Below the pieces are notes generated by a model. The model saw only the letters and a list, made by a program, of their open reading frames with translations, was not told the DNA's origin and searched no databases. A stretch of 62,446 nt of DNA, counting the filler, from Chthonomonadaceae bacterium (GTDB taxonomy: Bacteria; Armatimonadota; Chthonomonadetes; Chthonomonadales; Chthonomonadaceae): the NCBI GenBank assembly GCA_035650735.1. It is 4 parts of 4 records of this genome, joined end to end, with 100 filler letters (N's around TTAATTAATTAA, not from the genome) between each part and the next. Parts side by side here need not be neighbours in the genome. Positions count along the whole stretch, not along the records: positions 27,484 to 52,876 come from DASRGZ010000178.1; positions 52,977 to 59,412 come from DASRGZ010000200.1; positions 59,513 to 62,446 come from DASRGZ010000208.1; 1 more part is not named here. One strand, given 5' to 3'. The translations under genes and the position numbers were made by a program. Of the stretch, positions 50,914 to 61,657 are shown one piece after another. Position 1 is the first letter of the stretch, and every line of letters begins with the position of its first letter.

Positions 50914-52272
50914 ATGAGCCAGCCCTACACAAAGCATGGCAGCGCGTCCAGCGCACAGGCGCCCCAGAGCACGCGTTCGGCGCGCTTGCGTCTGCTGCTC
51001 GCTGCCGTTCTGGCGTGCGCCGGGATCGTTTTTCTGAGTTACCGCCTTCTGACTCCGCCCCGACCGGAACGCCTGCGCCTGGACGCGGATGTCCCGCTCG
51101 CGCCTCCGCCTCCGCTCCCGGCAGAGGATAAAGCGGCATTGCGAGAGGGCCTTCTGCGCCTGCAAAACCGACTGGCCATCGCGCGTGCCCAACCGAACGA
51201 CCCGACCGTTCGCTTTGCCATCGGTTATGAGGCCCTGCGCGCCGGCGATCTGCTGACCGCCCGCGAGGAGCTCCGCGCGGGCCTGCAGTTGCGGCCAGAG
51301 ACCGATTCGGCCATTTACGATGCGCTGGGGCGCTGCGAGATACAACTTGGTCTCTTCAAAGAGGCGCAGGACACCTATCAAAAGCTCCTGGCGCGCGCGC
51401 CGGGCCAGGCAGCCGGTTATATCGGGCTGCGCCGCGCTCAGGGTCTGCTGGGCCAAAGAGAGGCCGCAACGCAGACTCTAGAGAGAGGGGCGCGCGCTGT
51501 TGCGCCGACCGATATTTCCGGTCGGCTTGGAATCGCGGGCGAGTTTGAGATGCGGGATGAGCTGCCGCGTGCGCTTGCCGAGGCGCAGGCGGCTCGCGCA
51601 CGAGCGCCGGACAGTGCGGCGGCTACCCTGACCGCCGCCCATCTGCTCTTCCGGCTCGGACGGCTTTCCGAAGCGCGCACGCTGCTGGAGCAGATGCTAG
51701 CAGCCCATCCAGACGATCCGCTGGTGCGTCGCTACCTGGCGACTGTGCTGGACAACCCGCTTCTGCCTCAGCGCGACCCCGCCCTGGCGGAACACTATCT
51801 GCTCGAAACGTTACAGCGAAATCATGACGACGTTGAGGCTTGCCAGCAGTTGGCCCAGTTCTACCAGGATGCGCGCCGCTATCGGCAGGCGGCCTATATG
51901 TTTACCTGGCTCCTGGCGCTTGTCCCCGATTCGGCCTCGGCCCGATTGCAGCTCGCCCAGGCGTACGCGCACCTGGGAAACCCCGGCCTTAGCGCCGAGC
52001 AGCGGACCATTGCGTTGAGACTGCTGGCGCGGAACAAGGAAGAAGCGCGCTTGAGAGAGCGTCATGATCACCGACCGACCGATCCGCAGGCGCGTCTGGC
52101 GCTCGCGCGCCACTATCTGGACGCGGGCCAGTTCGCCAAAGCGCTGGTAGAACTGCAATCGGCCTACTGTCTTGCGCCGCGCTCCCCACAGGTCCGCCGC
52201 CAACTGACGAATTTTTATGCGCAGCTTGGCGTGCCGCTGCCGCCGTCACTTCAGCGAGGGGAACGCTCGTGA
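50914..52272 (+). CDS. Membrane-anchored TPR protein
   Basis: N-terminal TM, repeated TPR-like helices. Confidence 0.8.
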   Translation: MSQPYTKHGSASSAQAPQSTRSARLRLLLAAVLACAGIVFLSYRLLTPPRPERLRLDADVPLAPPPPLPAEDKAALREGLLRLQNRLAIARAQPNDPTVRFAIGYEALRAGDLLTAREELRAGLQLRPETDSAIYDALGRCEIQLGLFKEAQDTYQKLLARAPGQAAGYIGLRRAQGLLGQREAATQTLERGARAVAPTDISGRLGIAGEFEMRDELPRALAEAQAARARAPDSAAATLTAAHLLFRLGRLSEARTLLEQMLAAHPDDPLVRRYLATVLDNPLLPQRDPALAEHYLLETLQRNHDDVEACQQLAQFYQDARRYRQAAYMFTWLLALVPDSASARLQLAQAYAHLGNPGLSAEQRTIALRLLARNKEEARLRERHDHRPTDPQARLALARHYLDAGQFAKALVELQSAYCLAPRSPQVRRQLTNFYAQLGVPLPPSLQRGERS

Positions 52273-52876
52273 CCAACGGCGGTCGTGTTCCCTTCGTGCG
52301 CGCGTGGGGTCTCCTGGGGCTGCTCGCGCTGGCCCTGATTGGCTGTGCGAAGCCTTCCCGTCCGTCCGCAGCGCCCGCTGCCGCGATTCGGTTTCGCGAC
52401 GTGAGCGTCAGCGCGGGCGTAAAGTTTACTCGCGTGAACGGTGCCTTTGGCAAGCGCTGGATGCCGGAGACGATGGGCGGCGGGGGCGCCTTCCTCGACT
52501 ACGATAACGACGGCTTCCTCGACATCCTGCTCCTCAACGGCGACTGGTGGCCCGGCCATCCCCTCCCCGGCCCACGCCCCACCCTGACCTTGTATCATAA
52601 CAACCAGGACGGCACCTTCACCGATACCACTCAGGCGATGGGGCTGAAGGTTTCTCTACAGGGGATGGGCGCTGCGGTGGGGGATTATGATAACGACGGC
52701 TACGAGGATCTCTACGTTACCGGCGTGGGAGGCAACCGGCTGTTCCACAATGAGGGAGGCAAGCGGTTTGTGGAGGTGACGGGGCAGGCGGGGGTGGGAG
52801 ACGGGGGCTGGAGCACGAGCGCGGCCTGGCTGGACTACGACAACGACGGCAAGCTCGACCTGTTTGTCTGCCACTA
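52269..52876 (+). CDS. CRTAC1/ASPIC-UnbV (FG-GAP) protein, partial
   Basis: ETMGGG, three DYDNDG repeats; cut by the spacer. Confidence 0.88.
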
Positions 52877-52976
52877 NNNNNNNNNNNNNNNNNNNNNNNN
52901 NNNNNNNNNNNNNNNNNNNNTTAATTAATTAANNNNNNNNNNNNNNNNNNNNNNNNNNNNNNNNNNNNNNNNNNNN
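52877..52976. other. Artificial contig spacer
   Basis: N-run with TTAATTAATTAA. Confidence 0.97.
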
Positions 52977-53445
52977 CTACGAAGATGCGCTGCTTCGGAA
53001 GCATGGGATGTCCTTCTTCAGCACGGAGCGTTTCGGTCCGCACGGGGAGTACATGCCCATGGAGGCGCGTGTTGATCTGGAACTGAAGAAAGAGGCCATC
53101 GAGAGCGCGGAGGTCAAACGGCGGCTGCGGCAGGAACCGCTCGGCGCTCTCCGCAAGTTCGTGATCCAGATCTTTACGTTCTGGTACGTCGTGGACACGC
53201 GCAAGAAGTCGCTGTTCGTAGGAGGGATCGCCCTGCTCGCGCTCGCGCTGGCCGGCTATGGCTGGCTGCGGGCACGGCAAAATCACATTGCCACGTTCCC
53301 CGTCGTCGCGGTAGTCGTCTATTTCAACCTCATGTATGCGGCTATTCTGGCGTTTGGCCGCTATTCGATGCCGGTCTATCCAACGCTGTTAGTGTTGAGC
53401 GCCTATGGCCTGACCCAACTGTGGGCCCGGCTCCGTCCAGCCTAA
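52977..53445 (+). CDS. C-terminus of a polytopic membrane protein (GT-C-like), partial
   Basis: TM segments, RYSMPVYP. Confidence 0.5.
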
Positions 53446-53451
53446 ATGGCC

Positions 53452-53958
53452 TCAAAGCCCCTGGCCTGCCGCCCATTGGGCCGCGTTGCGCTGGCGAAGG
53501 TAGGCGACCTGAGCGGCGTGCTGAATGTCGTGCTCGTACATTTCGACCACGATCTTCCAGAGGGGAAGCGTCATGCCTTCCCAGGCGCGTGTTTCCTCGA
53601 ACGCCGACTCCGGCAATTGGGTGAGCGCCGCCTGAAATTCCGTGCCGATCTGGGTTAGCCAGGCGATCAGGCCCGGCCAGTCGTCGGGCGCGGGCACGGA
53701 AGCCGCATTGAACTGCGCCTGCGGGATCGCCTGTCCGCCAGGCTGGAGCAGGGGCAGAGTCAGCGTCTTCCAGGCCGCGACGTGGTAGATGATCCCCGCG
53801 ATAGAGCCATCCTGTCCGATGCCCCACTGCTGGCCGGGCCAGCGGGGATGGTGGTCGCGCAGGGCCTCCTCCGGCGTCAGCCCCTCTAGCTCCTGGAGCA
53901 GATTGCGAAAGCTGCGCTCGGAGCGCTGCTTGACAAACGCAATGAAGTTCTCAGGCAT
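53452..53958 (-). CDS. DinB/YfiT family protein
   Basis: SIAGIIYHVAAW…EHDIQHAAQV His triad. Confidence 0.85.
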   Translation of the reverse strand: MPENFIAFVKQRSERSFRNLLQELEGLTPEEALRDHHPRWPGQQWGIGQDGSIAGIIYHVAAWKTLTLPLLQPGGQAIPQAQFNAASVPAPDDWPGLIAWLTQIGTEFQAALTQLPESAFEETRAWEGMTLPLWKIVVEMYEHDIQHAAQVAYLRQRNAAQWAAGQGL

Positions 53959-54661
53959 GGCTTTCTCCGGTACGCATGGCCTCCATGTAGCGGCGGGTCA
54001 CCCAATCAATGGCGGTGATGGCCGTGCCGACGACCACGGCGAGCGCGCCGGCCTCCAGGGCGGCCCGTGCCTGTTCCGGCGAGTGAACCCGCCCCTCGCA
54101 GATGACGGGAACGGAGACCGCCTGCGCCAGTTGCCCCACCAGTTCTAGGTCGGGATCGCCGCTAGCCTTCTTATGGGCCGTGTAGGACGTGTAGCCGCTC
54201 AGGGTCGTCGCGACGAGATCGGCGCCCGCCTCTGCCGCCGCCACGCCCTCCTCCAGCGTGGAGATATCTGCCATCGCCAGCGCGCCTAACTCCGTCTGAA
54301 TGCGCCGCAGCAGCGTGCGCCAGTCTTCGTCGTCGGGGCGCGGGCGCGGCGTAGCGTCGAAGGCGATGATGGCCGGTCGGGCGGCAGCGTGGATGGCGCG
54401 CGCCTCCGCAAACGTCGGGGTGATATAGACCTCGCTGGGCGGGCGCACGACCTTATAGATGCCGATGACCGGCACGCGCACCGACGCGCCGATGGCCGCC
54501 AGATTCTGCGGACCGTTCGCGCGAATGCCGACCGCGCCGCCCCGCTCTGCCGCCGCCGCGAGGGCCGCCAGCACTTCCGGCGTGCCCAACGGCGTGCCCG
54601 CCTCCGCCTGACACGAGACGATAAGCCCCCCGCGTAGGGAGTCCGGTAGTATCCGCCCCAA
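53951..54661 (-). CDS. nanE: N-acetylmannosamine-6-phosphate 2-epimerase
   Basis: GLIVSCQA, GIRANG, IGIYK, YITPT, TTLSGYT, VVGTAIT. Confidence 0.93.
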   Translation of the reverse strand: MGRILPDSLRGGLIVSCQAEAGTPLGTPEVLAALAAAAERGGAVGIRANGPQNLAAIGASVRVPVIGIYKVVRPPSEVYITPTFAEARAIHAAARPAIIAFDATPRPRPDDEDWRTLLRRIQTELGALAMADISTLEEGVAAAEAGADLVATTLSGYTSYTAHKKASGDPDLELVGQLAQAVSVPVICEGRVHSPEQARAALEAGALAVVVGTAITAIDWVTRRYMEAMRTGESHA

Positions 54662-54757
54662 CCGCTTTGCCTCCTTTGCGTTTCCGTTCGGATAGGGATA
54701 TAATTGAGGAGAAGATTTAGACCGCCTTTTTCCGGGGATTTGCTCTCCGGCGCGCTG

Positions 54758-54848
54758 CCCCACGGTAACCTTTTGGTTTTAACTATATATGCCATGCGCG
54801 CGTTGCCGTTGGAGTCTGCCGAAGTCCCACGGTAACCTTTTGGTTTTG
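54758..54848. repeat. Direct repeat CCCACGGTAACCTTTTGGTTTT x2
   Basis: Two copies in the divergent intergenic region. Confidence 0.8.
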
Positions 54849-54893
54849 ACTGCCGCCTAATCTTTGGCGAATTGCCAATAAGGAGCCTCTCCC

Positions 54894-55610
54894 ATGTCTC
54901 TGCAAACCGACTCTATCTTAGTTTCGATAGGCTGCCGATCCGTCCGGGGTATTCCGCGCACGCTGACGGTATTCCTGCTGGCGCTGGCGTTGGCGGCTGC
55001 GATGGCGGCGGCTCCCATCGCCCGCGCGCAGGGGCAGCCGCCCCAACCCGGCAGCGCGCCGCCCAAAGAGACGCTGGAACTGTTTAACGATCTCGACGAT
55101 ATCAACAAGCTGAGCGCGCTCAATCCCCTGCATCTGACGCCCGAGCAGCTGGATAAGATGATCATCGTTGTGAGCGCCGCCCAGGCCGATTATGAAAAGA
55201 AATTGACCGCGCTCAAGCTCGCCTCCATTCACTCCATCGCCTCAGAAGTTCCCGAGATGAAGCGGCGGGCGTTGGCGGGCGGGGCGGTGCCCAAAACCTT
55301 TCTGGACCGGGTGATCGCGCTCTCGCAATCCTTCCTGACACGCAAAGATCGGCTGGATGCGGATGCGCTGATCGGGATGGCGACTCAGCTGCGGGGCATC
55401 CTGACGCCGCAGCAGGTAGATACTGCCGTGCAGCTGATCAAGGAACAGGCCCCCAAAGACGGTATGTCCACCCGGGGCGCCAACGATAAATGGTTCAACG
55501 CCTACGTCCTGCAAGTCTTCATCAGCTATCCGCGTATTGTGCCGCTGCTCAAGGAGATGCGCGCGGCGGCAGCCGGAAACACGGCCGGGAACGCCGGGGC
55601 CGGCGCTTGA
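54894..55610 (+). CDS. Secreted helical hypothetical protein
   Basis: AAGGAG RBS, signal peptide …ARA|Q. Confidence 0.7.
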   Translation: MSLQTDSILVSIGCRSVRGIPRTLTVFLLALALAAAMAAAPIARAQGQPPQPGSAPPKETLELFNDLDDINKLSALNPLHLTPEQLDKMIIVVSAAQADYEKKLTALKLASIHSIASEVPEMKRRALAGGAVPKTFLDRVIALSQSFLTRKDRLDADALIGMATQLRGILTPQQVDTAVQLIKEQAPKDGMSTRGANDKWFNAYVLQVFISYPRIVPLLKEMRAAAAGNTAGNAGAGA

Positions 55611-55619
55611 AAGCAAGGG

Positions 55620-55656
55620 GTGGGGACAGCGGCTCCATTGGAGCCGCTGTCCCCAC
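55620..55656. terminator. Perfect hairpin between convergent genes
   Basis: GTGGGGACAGCGGCTCC-ATT-GGAGCCGCTGTCCCCAC. Confidence 0.6.
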
Positions 55657-55772
55657 CCGCGTCTGGCTTTGCGCAGAATTGAATCTACCGGGCAGCACCC
55701 CTGAGCCGGGATTCAAAATCGAGCGTTCCCGAGGGAATCCCCATTTCCTGGGGTGCTGCCGATCTGCCGAAG

Positions 55773-56099
55773 TCAGCTCAGGAGGTTTTCGAGCTTGCTG
55801 GCGATGGTGCTCTTGGGCACAGCGCCCACCACCTGATCGACCACCTTACCGCCTTTGAAGAGCAGCAGGGTGGGGATGGACATGATCCCGTACTTGCCTG
55901 CTATTTCCGGCTCTTCATCCACATTCACCTTCAGCACTTTGACGCGGCCTTCGTACTCGGCGGCCAAAGCGTCTACGTGGGGCGCAATCATTTTGCAAGG
56001 GCCACACCAGACAGCCCAGAAATCCACCAAGACCGGCACGGGCGATTGCAGCACTTGCGTCTCAAAATCGCTGGTTGTCACCGCAGCAGCATTGCTCAT
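55773..56099 (-). CDS. trxA: Thioredoxin
   Basis: [22 protein letters not shown]. Confidence 0.95.
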   Translation of the reverse strand: MSNAAAVTTSDFETQVLQSPVPVLVDFWAVWCGPCKMIAPHVDALAAEYEGRVKVLKVNVDEEPEIAGKYGIMSIPTLLLFKGGKVVDQVVGAVPKSTIASKLENLLS

Positions 56100-56605
56100 G
56101 TTTTTTAGCCTCCGACTGGTTCCAGGCGGCGTGCCCAGTCCGGGCATAGCAAGCCGCCCACTCTCTTATTTTGGGTTCAGGACGCCCGCCAACCGGGAAG
56201 GCGGCACGCTGCGCCTGAAAGGGATGCGAACCGGCAAATCCGCGCGCATCGGCAGGACGCGCCCGCAGTCAGGGCACGCGCTGCTGGTGCGCCGCACGAT
56301 GCTACGATGGAGCGAAAGCCCAGGTTCGTTTTTCCTACGAACCGGTTTGCCGGGAAGTTCCTAGCAGAGAGGACGTTGTGGCCGGGCCGAAGAAGGGAGG
56401 CAAACAAAAACCGGCTCGTCGTGCGAATACGTCGAAACCGGTTCGAAGTCCACCTTGCGTGAGCCGCGGAACGGCTGCTCGTTCAGGGATTCGGGGGTAA
56501 AACGAAAAGGAAAGCACACGCGTGTCCTCAGGGAAGGCACGCAGCGCAAACAAGTTCAAAACTGAATTGCTAAATCGTTGTCGCTAAAGTGAAAAAGTGA
56601 CTACG

Positions 56606-56809
56606 CTACGCGATGGAGAGAACATTGGCGGCCTGGGGGCCCTTGGCCCCTTCGACGATGTCGAAGGTCACTTCCTGTCCCTCGGAGAGAGTCTTGAAGC
56701 CTTCCTTGACAATAGCCGAGTAATGGACAAAGATGTCCTTTCCTTCGGTGGTTTCAATGAACCCGTAGCCTTTAGCATCATTGAACCACTTTACTTTCCC
56801 TGACGGCAT
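56606..56809 (-). CDS. cspA: Cold-shock protein
   Basis: [24 protein letters not shown]. Confidence 0.93.
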   Translation of the reverse strand: MPSGKVKWFNDAKGYGFIETTEGKDIFVHYSAIVKEGFKTLSEGQEVTFDIVEGAKGPQAANVLSIA

Positions 56810-57266
56810 AAACGAACGTCCTCCTTACAAGAGATACAGGCTGATTGGGGAACTCAGCCGGACAAGTATAACATCCGGGGCTGACGTTGTCAACAGAATA
56901 AACCGAAAATTGCAAAAAATCTCGAAATAGATTCGCGGCAGGCTTGAGAGCGCAGGAGATGGAATCAATGCAAGGATAGATTAATTTTGGTTTATGTTTT
57001 CTTGTTTTGTGTTGTTTTTCAAGCGGATGGCGGTAGAGTGGATGCCGTCGCGTGCTCACAAGGGCGCTTACCTGGGGCCGAAAGCGTTCTCCCTCGGCAG
57101 GGAAGAGACGACGCAAAGGAGTAATGGTGAGCCGATTCCCGGGAGGCGGGGAACGAAAGCCGGAGCGGGAGCGTCTATCCTGTGCCTTTGCCCTGATTGA
57201 GTGTCTGTCCGCAATGCATTTGACACTCTTCTGCCTTACATGATATGCCAGGAGTGGTTGGAGATT

Positions 57267-57776
57267 ATGGAGTTTCATAAACTGCCTATTGGAGACAGAG
57301 CGCCGCTGGAGGTCAATGTGGTCGTCGAGATTCCACGCGGCAGCAGCAATAAAATCGAGTATGATACGCAGTTAGGGGTCTTTCGCCTGGATCGCGTCCT
57401 CTATTCGCCTCTCTATTACCCATGTGAGTATGGCTTTATTCCGGGTACGCTGTTTGAGGATGGCGACCCGCTGGATATTTTGGTGCTTTCCACGCAGCCC
57501 ACGTTTACCGGCTGTCTATTGGTAGCGCGCCCGGTCGGGGTGTTGAAGATGGGCGATGATAAGGGCCAGGACGATAAGATTCTGGGCGTTTCGGCGCACG
57601 ATCCGCGCTTTGAGCAGGTGATGCGCCTGGGGGACCTCTCCGAGCATCGCCTAAAGGAGATCCTGCACTTCTTTGCCGTCTACAAGGATCTGGAGAACAA
57701 AGAGGTAACCATCCAGGGCTGGGAGACGGAGGAGGCCGCGCAAGAGCTGATCCGCCGGTACCGCTGCCGCCGGTAA
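57267..57776 (+). CDS. ppa: Inorganic pyrophosphatase (family I)
   Basis: YGFIP, DGDPLD, DDKI, YKDLE. Confidence 0.95.
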   Translation: MEFHKLPIGDRAPLEVNVVVEIPRGSSNKIEYDTQLGVFRLDRVLYSPLYYPCEYGFIPGTLFEDGDPLDILVLSTQPTFTGCLLVARPVGVLKMGDDKGQDDKILGVSAHDPRFEQVMRLGDLSEHRLKEILHFFAVYKDLENKEVTIQGWETEEAAQELIRRYRCRR

Positions 57777-57880
57777 GAGCCTCTTCCGGGAGGCAGGCTT
57801 GCGAGAAGACAACATAGCCATAGTAGGATAGAATCTTAGAGCTTCGGTCTGGCCGGAGCCGCGCTTTTTGCCGGCGAACC

Positions 57881-57910
57881 TTGACAAAGGGGCGGCCTTC
57901 ATGCCATACT
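57881..57910 (+). promoter_or_regulatory. Probable rplJ promoter
   Basis: TTGACA…CATACT. Confidence 0.5.
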
Positions 57911-57944
57911 GAGTTTCGTCAATCACAAAGCGGATTTCACTCGC

Positions 57945-58130
57945 TCACCGCAGACAGCCGGTGTCCGCGCCTTCGGGCCGGACTTAAACCCCGTTTCACG
58001 GGGGCCAGCCGAGGTCGAGCCGGATTCCTATACGTAGGTCACTTGACGCCGAGACCCTGTCTCGACCCGTGCCGGGATTCGCCTCTGTCTGCGCTCTGAG
58101 CGTAGCTGCGCGAAGGCCCGGTTTTTTGTT
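57945..58130 (+). ncRNA. Ribosomal protein L10 leader
   Basis: ACCGCAGACAGC…TTAA…GCCGAGG pattern upstream of rplJ; ends in a U-tract. Confidence 0.75.
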
Positions 58131-58204
58131 TGCCTTCCTCTAAGGGGGCTTGAGGCCGCGCGCAGCCGCGTCTCTGGTTCTAGCGAACCCAGGAAGGAAT
58201 CCCT

Positions 58205-58750
58205 ATGCCTAACCCTGAGAAAGAGGCTCTCGTTTCCGAGCTGCGCGACATTGTCGCCAGAAGCAAGGGAGCGATCCTGACCGACTATCGCGGCATGACC
58301 GTCGCCGAGGTTACCAACCTACGCAAGAAGCTGCGCGATGCGGATGCCGAGTACCACATCATCAAGAACACGCTGTTCAAGATCGCGCTGGGCGAGGCGG
58401 TCAGCCCAGAGCTGGAGAGCCTGCTCGCCGGTCCGACGGCCATCGTGTTCGCGCACAATGAGATCGTGGCCCCGACAAAGACCATCCTGGACTTCCTGCG
58501 CGATCTGCGCAAGCCCGAGGTGAAAGTCAAGGGCGGTTGGATTGAAGGCAAGGTCTACAATGTCGATCAAGTGACCGCCCTTTCTAAGCTGCCGCCGCGC
58601 GAGCAGCTGGTCGCGCAGTTGATCGGCACGCTCAACGGGCCCGCCTCGCAACTGGTCGGCACGCTCAACAACATCCTCGGCGAGTTTGTCCGCACCATCC
58701 AGGCTATCCATGACCAGCGGGCGGCAGGCGGTGAGACGCCTGCCGGCTAA
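58205..58750 (+). CDS. rplJ: 50S ribosomal protein L10
   Basis: DYRGMTV, KNTL, GPTA, LSKLPPRE. Confidence 0.96.
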   Translation: MPNPEKEALVSELRDIVARSKGAILTDYRGMTVAEVTNLRKKLRDADAEYHIIKNTLFKIALGEAVSPELESLLAGPTAIVFAHNEIVAPTKTILDFLRDLRKPEVKVKGGWIEGKVYNVDQVTALSKLPPREQLVAQLIGTLNGPASQLVGTLNNILGEFVRTIQAIHDQRAAGGETPAG

Positions 58751-58863
58751 TTTGCCCGTTCCGGCGGAACACGCCACCGCCGGAGTGCCTGGGACAACCT
58801 GATCTGACCGGCGCGCAGGTGGCGTGACCTGCCCCGGTCGCTTATCCTGATAAGGAGAAACCG

Positions 58864-59274
58864 ATGCCCCCTCTGTCCAGAGCGGAAATTGTAGACGCTA
58901 TCAAGAATATGTCTGTGCTGGAGCTGTCCGAGCTGTCTAAGGAGCTCCAGGAAGTGTTTGGCGTTAGCGCCGCGGCGCCGGTAATGGCTATGCCTGGCGC
59001 GATGCCCGGCGCGCCTGCCGCCGGAGCCGAGGCGGCGCCCGCCGAAGAGGCCCCGACGAGCTTTGATGTCATTCTGACCTCGGTGGGCGACAAGAAGATC
59101 AACGTGATCAAGGTCGTCCGCGAAGTGACCAACCTGGGCCTGAAAGAGGCCAAAGACCTGGTGGAGGCCGCGCCTTCGAAGGTCAAAGAGGGCGTGAATA
59201 TGGACGACGCCAAGGCGCTGCAGGCCAAGTTCGAGGCCGAGGGCGCCAAGGTGGACATCAAGCCTGCTGCTTAG
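58864..59274 (+). CDS. rplL: 50S ribosomal protein L7/L12
   Basis: [29 protein letters not shown]. Confidence 0.97.
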   Translation: MPPLSRAEIVDAIKNMSVLELSELSKELQEVFGVSAAAPVMAMPGAMPGAPAAGAEAAPAEEAPTSFDVILTSVGDKKINVIKVVREVTNLGLKEAKDLVEAAPSKVKEGVNMDDAKALQAKFEAEGAKVDIKPAA

Positions 59275-59412
59275 AGGGTGTTATGCCCTTTTTTGCCTGC
59301 TTCGAGAGAGGACTTGGAGGCTGATGACCGCTTGGTGCTCGCTAAAAAGCGAGCACCAAGCCTCTAATGAGCGGCTGGCCTATCTCCTCAAGAGGACCCA
59401 AGTGCATCCCAC

Positions 59413-59512
59413 NNNNNNNNNNNNNNNNNNNNNNNNNNNNNNNNNNNNNNNNNNNNTTAATTAATTAANNNNNNNNNNNNNNNNNNNNNNNNNNNNNNNN
59501 NNNNNNNNNNNN
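59413..59512. other. Artificial contig spacer
   Basis: N-run with TTAATTAATTAA. Confidence 0.97.
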
Positions 59513-59707
59513 CTTGAGGCGCACCGGTACTCCCGCGCGCACCTCAATACGATCCGGCTGATAGCTGCCCTCCACGCGCACGGTTACTTCCTGCACGCCG
59601 GCGACGGTGGCCGCACGCTTTCCCTCTTTCGGCCCGAAGAAAAACCAGGCCAGAAATCCGATTATCCCCATGCCGCCGATCAAGACGGCCAGAGTTTCGG
59701 CTATCAT
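59513..59707 (-). CDS. Cupredoxin-domain N-terminus (CupA-like or copper P-type ATPase), partial
   Basis: TM + WFFFG, GVQEVTVRVEGSYQPD; downstream of csoR. Confidence 0.75.
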
Positions 59708-59717
59708 GAAACGCCTC

Positions 59718-59999
59718 CTACTTGGCGTATTTGTAGATCAGGTCCATTAGCTCCTGATAAGTGCGCTGTGCCTTCGCCTCATCGCCGTCCCGCAGCGCGC
59801 CGGTCACGCAATTTTGCAGGTGGTCGCGCATGATGATCTTGCTCACGCCGCGCAGCGCCTCATGGACGGAGGAGAGTTGGGTCAGCACGTCCACGCAGTA
59901 GGTATCTTCCTCGATAAGACGGCGCAGCCCCTTGATTTGCCCCTCGATTCGATTGAGGCGGCGCAGGACATCCTCTTTGATCTCGCCTTGAATAGCCAT
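59718..59999 (-). CDS. csoR: CsoR/RcnR metal-sensing repressor
   Basis: RLNRIEGQIKG, YCVDVLTQ, HLQNCV. Confidence 0.9.
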   Translation of the reverse strand: MAIQGEIKEDVLRRLNRIEGQIKGLRRLIEEDTYCVDVLTQLSSVHEALRGVSKIIMRDHLQNCVTGALRDGDEAKAQRTYQELMDLIYKYAK

Positions 60000-60027
60000 C
60001 GTGTACGCTCCTGATGCTTGTTAGGGG

Positions 60028-60044
60028 ATACCCCTATAAGGTAT
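60028..60044. promoter_or_regulatory. CsoR-type operator
   Basis: ATACC-CCTATAA-GGTAT inverted repeat with a C-tract, upstream of csoR. Confidence 0.65.
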
Positions 60045-60172
60045 TACGTGTCGGGTAAGAATAGGGTTCCCTGTTTCACGCAGCAGGAACTGGGGCGGGC
60101 ACCTCGGAATAGAGTTTCGGGAACTCCGATATCGCCTGCGGCGGATCGGCGCAGGCGATGGGAAAGGGACGT

Positions 60173-61213
60173 ATGGCTTCAGAGGATCTGGAACCGGATG
60201 AGGAGTGGCAGCCGGAAGAGGAGGCCGCCGAGGAGATCACGCTGCACGTGGCGGAGGCGCAGGCCGGGCAGCGGCTGGATGTCTATCTAGCTGGAGCATT
60301 AGAGGACGCGACGCGGGCCGAGGCGCAGCGCCTGATCGAGTTGCCGGAGGGCGTGCGGGTCAACGGGCGCAGAGAGAAGGCCAGCTATCGCATGCGGGCC
60401 GGGGACGTGATTGTCGTGCGCCGCCCTGCGCCGCAGCCGGCCCGGGTATTGCCGGAGGCGATTCCGCTGAACATCCTCTATGAGGACGCCGACCTACTGG
60501 TCATTGACAAGCCGCGCGGGATGGTCGTCCATCCGGCGCCGGGCTCTGAGCACGGCACGCTGGTCAATGCGGTGCTGGCCCACGCGGACGATCTCTCCGG
60601 CATTGGCGGCGAACTCCGTCCCGGCATTGTACACCGCCTGGATAAGGATACGGGCGGGCTGATTGTGGTCGCGAAAAACGATATGGCGCACCGCGCGCTG
60701 CAAGCCCAGATACAGGCGCGCACGGCGCAGCGCCGCTATCTTGCTCTTGCCTGGGGAGCGCCGCGCTTCGAGCAGGCCATTGTGGAGGCGCCCATCGGAC
60801 GCCATCCCACCGACCGTAAGAAAATGGCGGTGATCACCGACCTGCGCCACACCGCGCGGCCCGCCCAGACGGAATTGATCGTGCTGGAGCGCTTTCAGGG
60901 AGTCTTGGCCCTGCTCGAAGCGCGCCTGCAAACCGGGCGCACCCATCAGATCCGCGTCCACTGCGCCTATATCCACCATCCCGTCGTGGGCGATCCACTC
61001 TACGGCGGGCTGCGCAAGATTCCCGCCAACGCTTTCACGCCTCGCCGCCGAGCGGAACTCGAACACGCCATCGCCGAATTAGGCGGGCAGGCGCTCCATG
61101 CCTATTTTCTCGCACTGGATCACCCGCGCACCGGCGAGCGCCTCCAATTCACGGTGCCCCTGCCCGCTCCGATGCAGCGCCTCCTCGACCTGCTCCACGC
61201 CTCGGAAGGCTGA
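60173..61213 (+). CDS. rluD: RluA/RluD-family pseudouridine synthase
   Basis: S4 domain, RPGIVHRLDKDT, TGRTHQIRVH, VGDPLYG. Confidence 0.92.
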   Translation: MASEDLEPDEEWQPEEEAAEEITLHVAEAQAGQRLDVYLAGALEDATRAEAQRLIELPEGVRVNGRREKASYRMRAGDVIVVRRPAPQPARVLPEAIPLNILYEDADLLVIDKPRGMVVHPAPGSEHGTLVNAVLAHADDLSGIGGELRPGIVHRLDKDTGGLIVVAKNDMAHRALQAQIQARTAQRRYLALAWGAPRFEQAIVEAPIGRHPTDRKKMAVITDLRHTARPAQTELIVLERFQGVLALLEARLQTGRTHQIRVHCAYIHHPVVGDPLYGGLRKIPANAFTPRRRAELEHAIAELGGQALHAYFLALDHPRTGERLQFTVPLPAPMQRLLDLLHASEG

Positions 61214-61657
61214 CCTAACCCCCTTCTTCCGGCAGGCTACCTGCCGCTGTGGGGCTCTGCTAGGGTCGGTTCCTCAACGGTTGGGAGCCTCCGCCTAGCC
61301 AGGCCCGCTGACTGCCAGGGGCGGGCCTGCAATAATTCGGCCCTCCGCCCTGCGACACCGACGCGGGCAGAATACCCGTTGACAACGCCAGGGGCGTCAC
61401 CATCGTTCTCTAGGGGCAGCCCTGCTGCCTACGCAGGCAGAGAGTTTCGGACATCTATTCCTCCGCCTCCGGGCGCTCTGTACTGCTGCCTACGCAGACA
61501 GAGAGTCTCGCCCACGTAGGTGGGCGACGGGCGCTTTGCGCCCCCTAGCGGCAGGGTTCAGCCTGCCGCGTCAGGGCCGATCCTGGCAGTGGGACAGGAG
61601 GTGAGGTCTCCCCTCTCCCGCAGCGCCGGGAGAGGGGAAGGGGGTGAGGGCGTGAGG

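Noticed and set aside
56170..56560. Short ORFs with a CPDC motif between trxA and the cold-shock gene
   Set aside because: No RBS or coherent frame; the region contains a terminator-like hairpin and is probably UTR.
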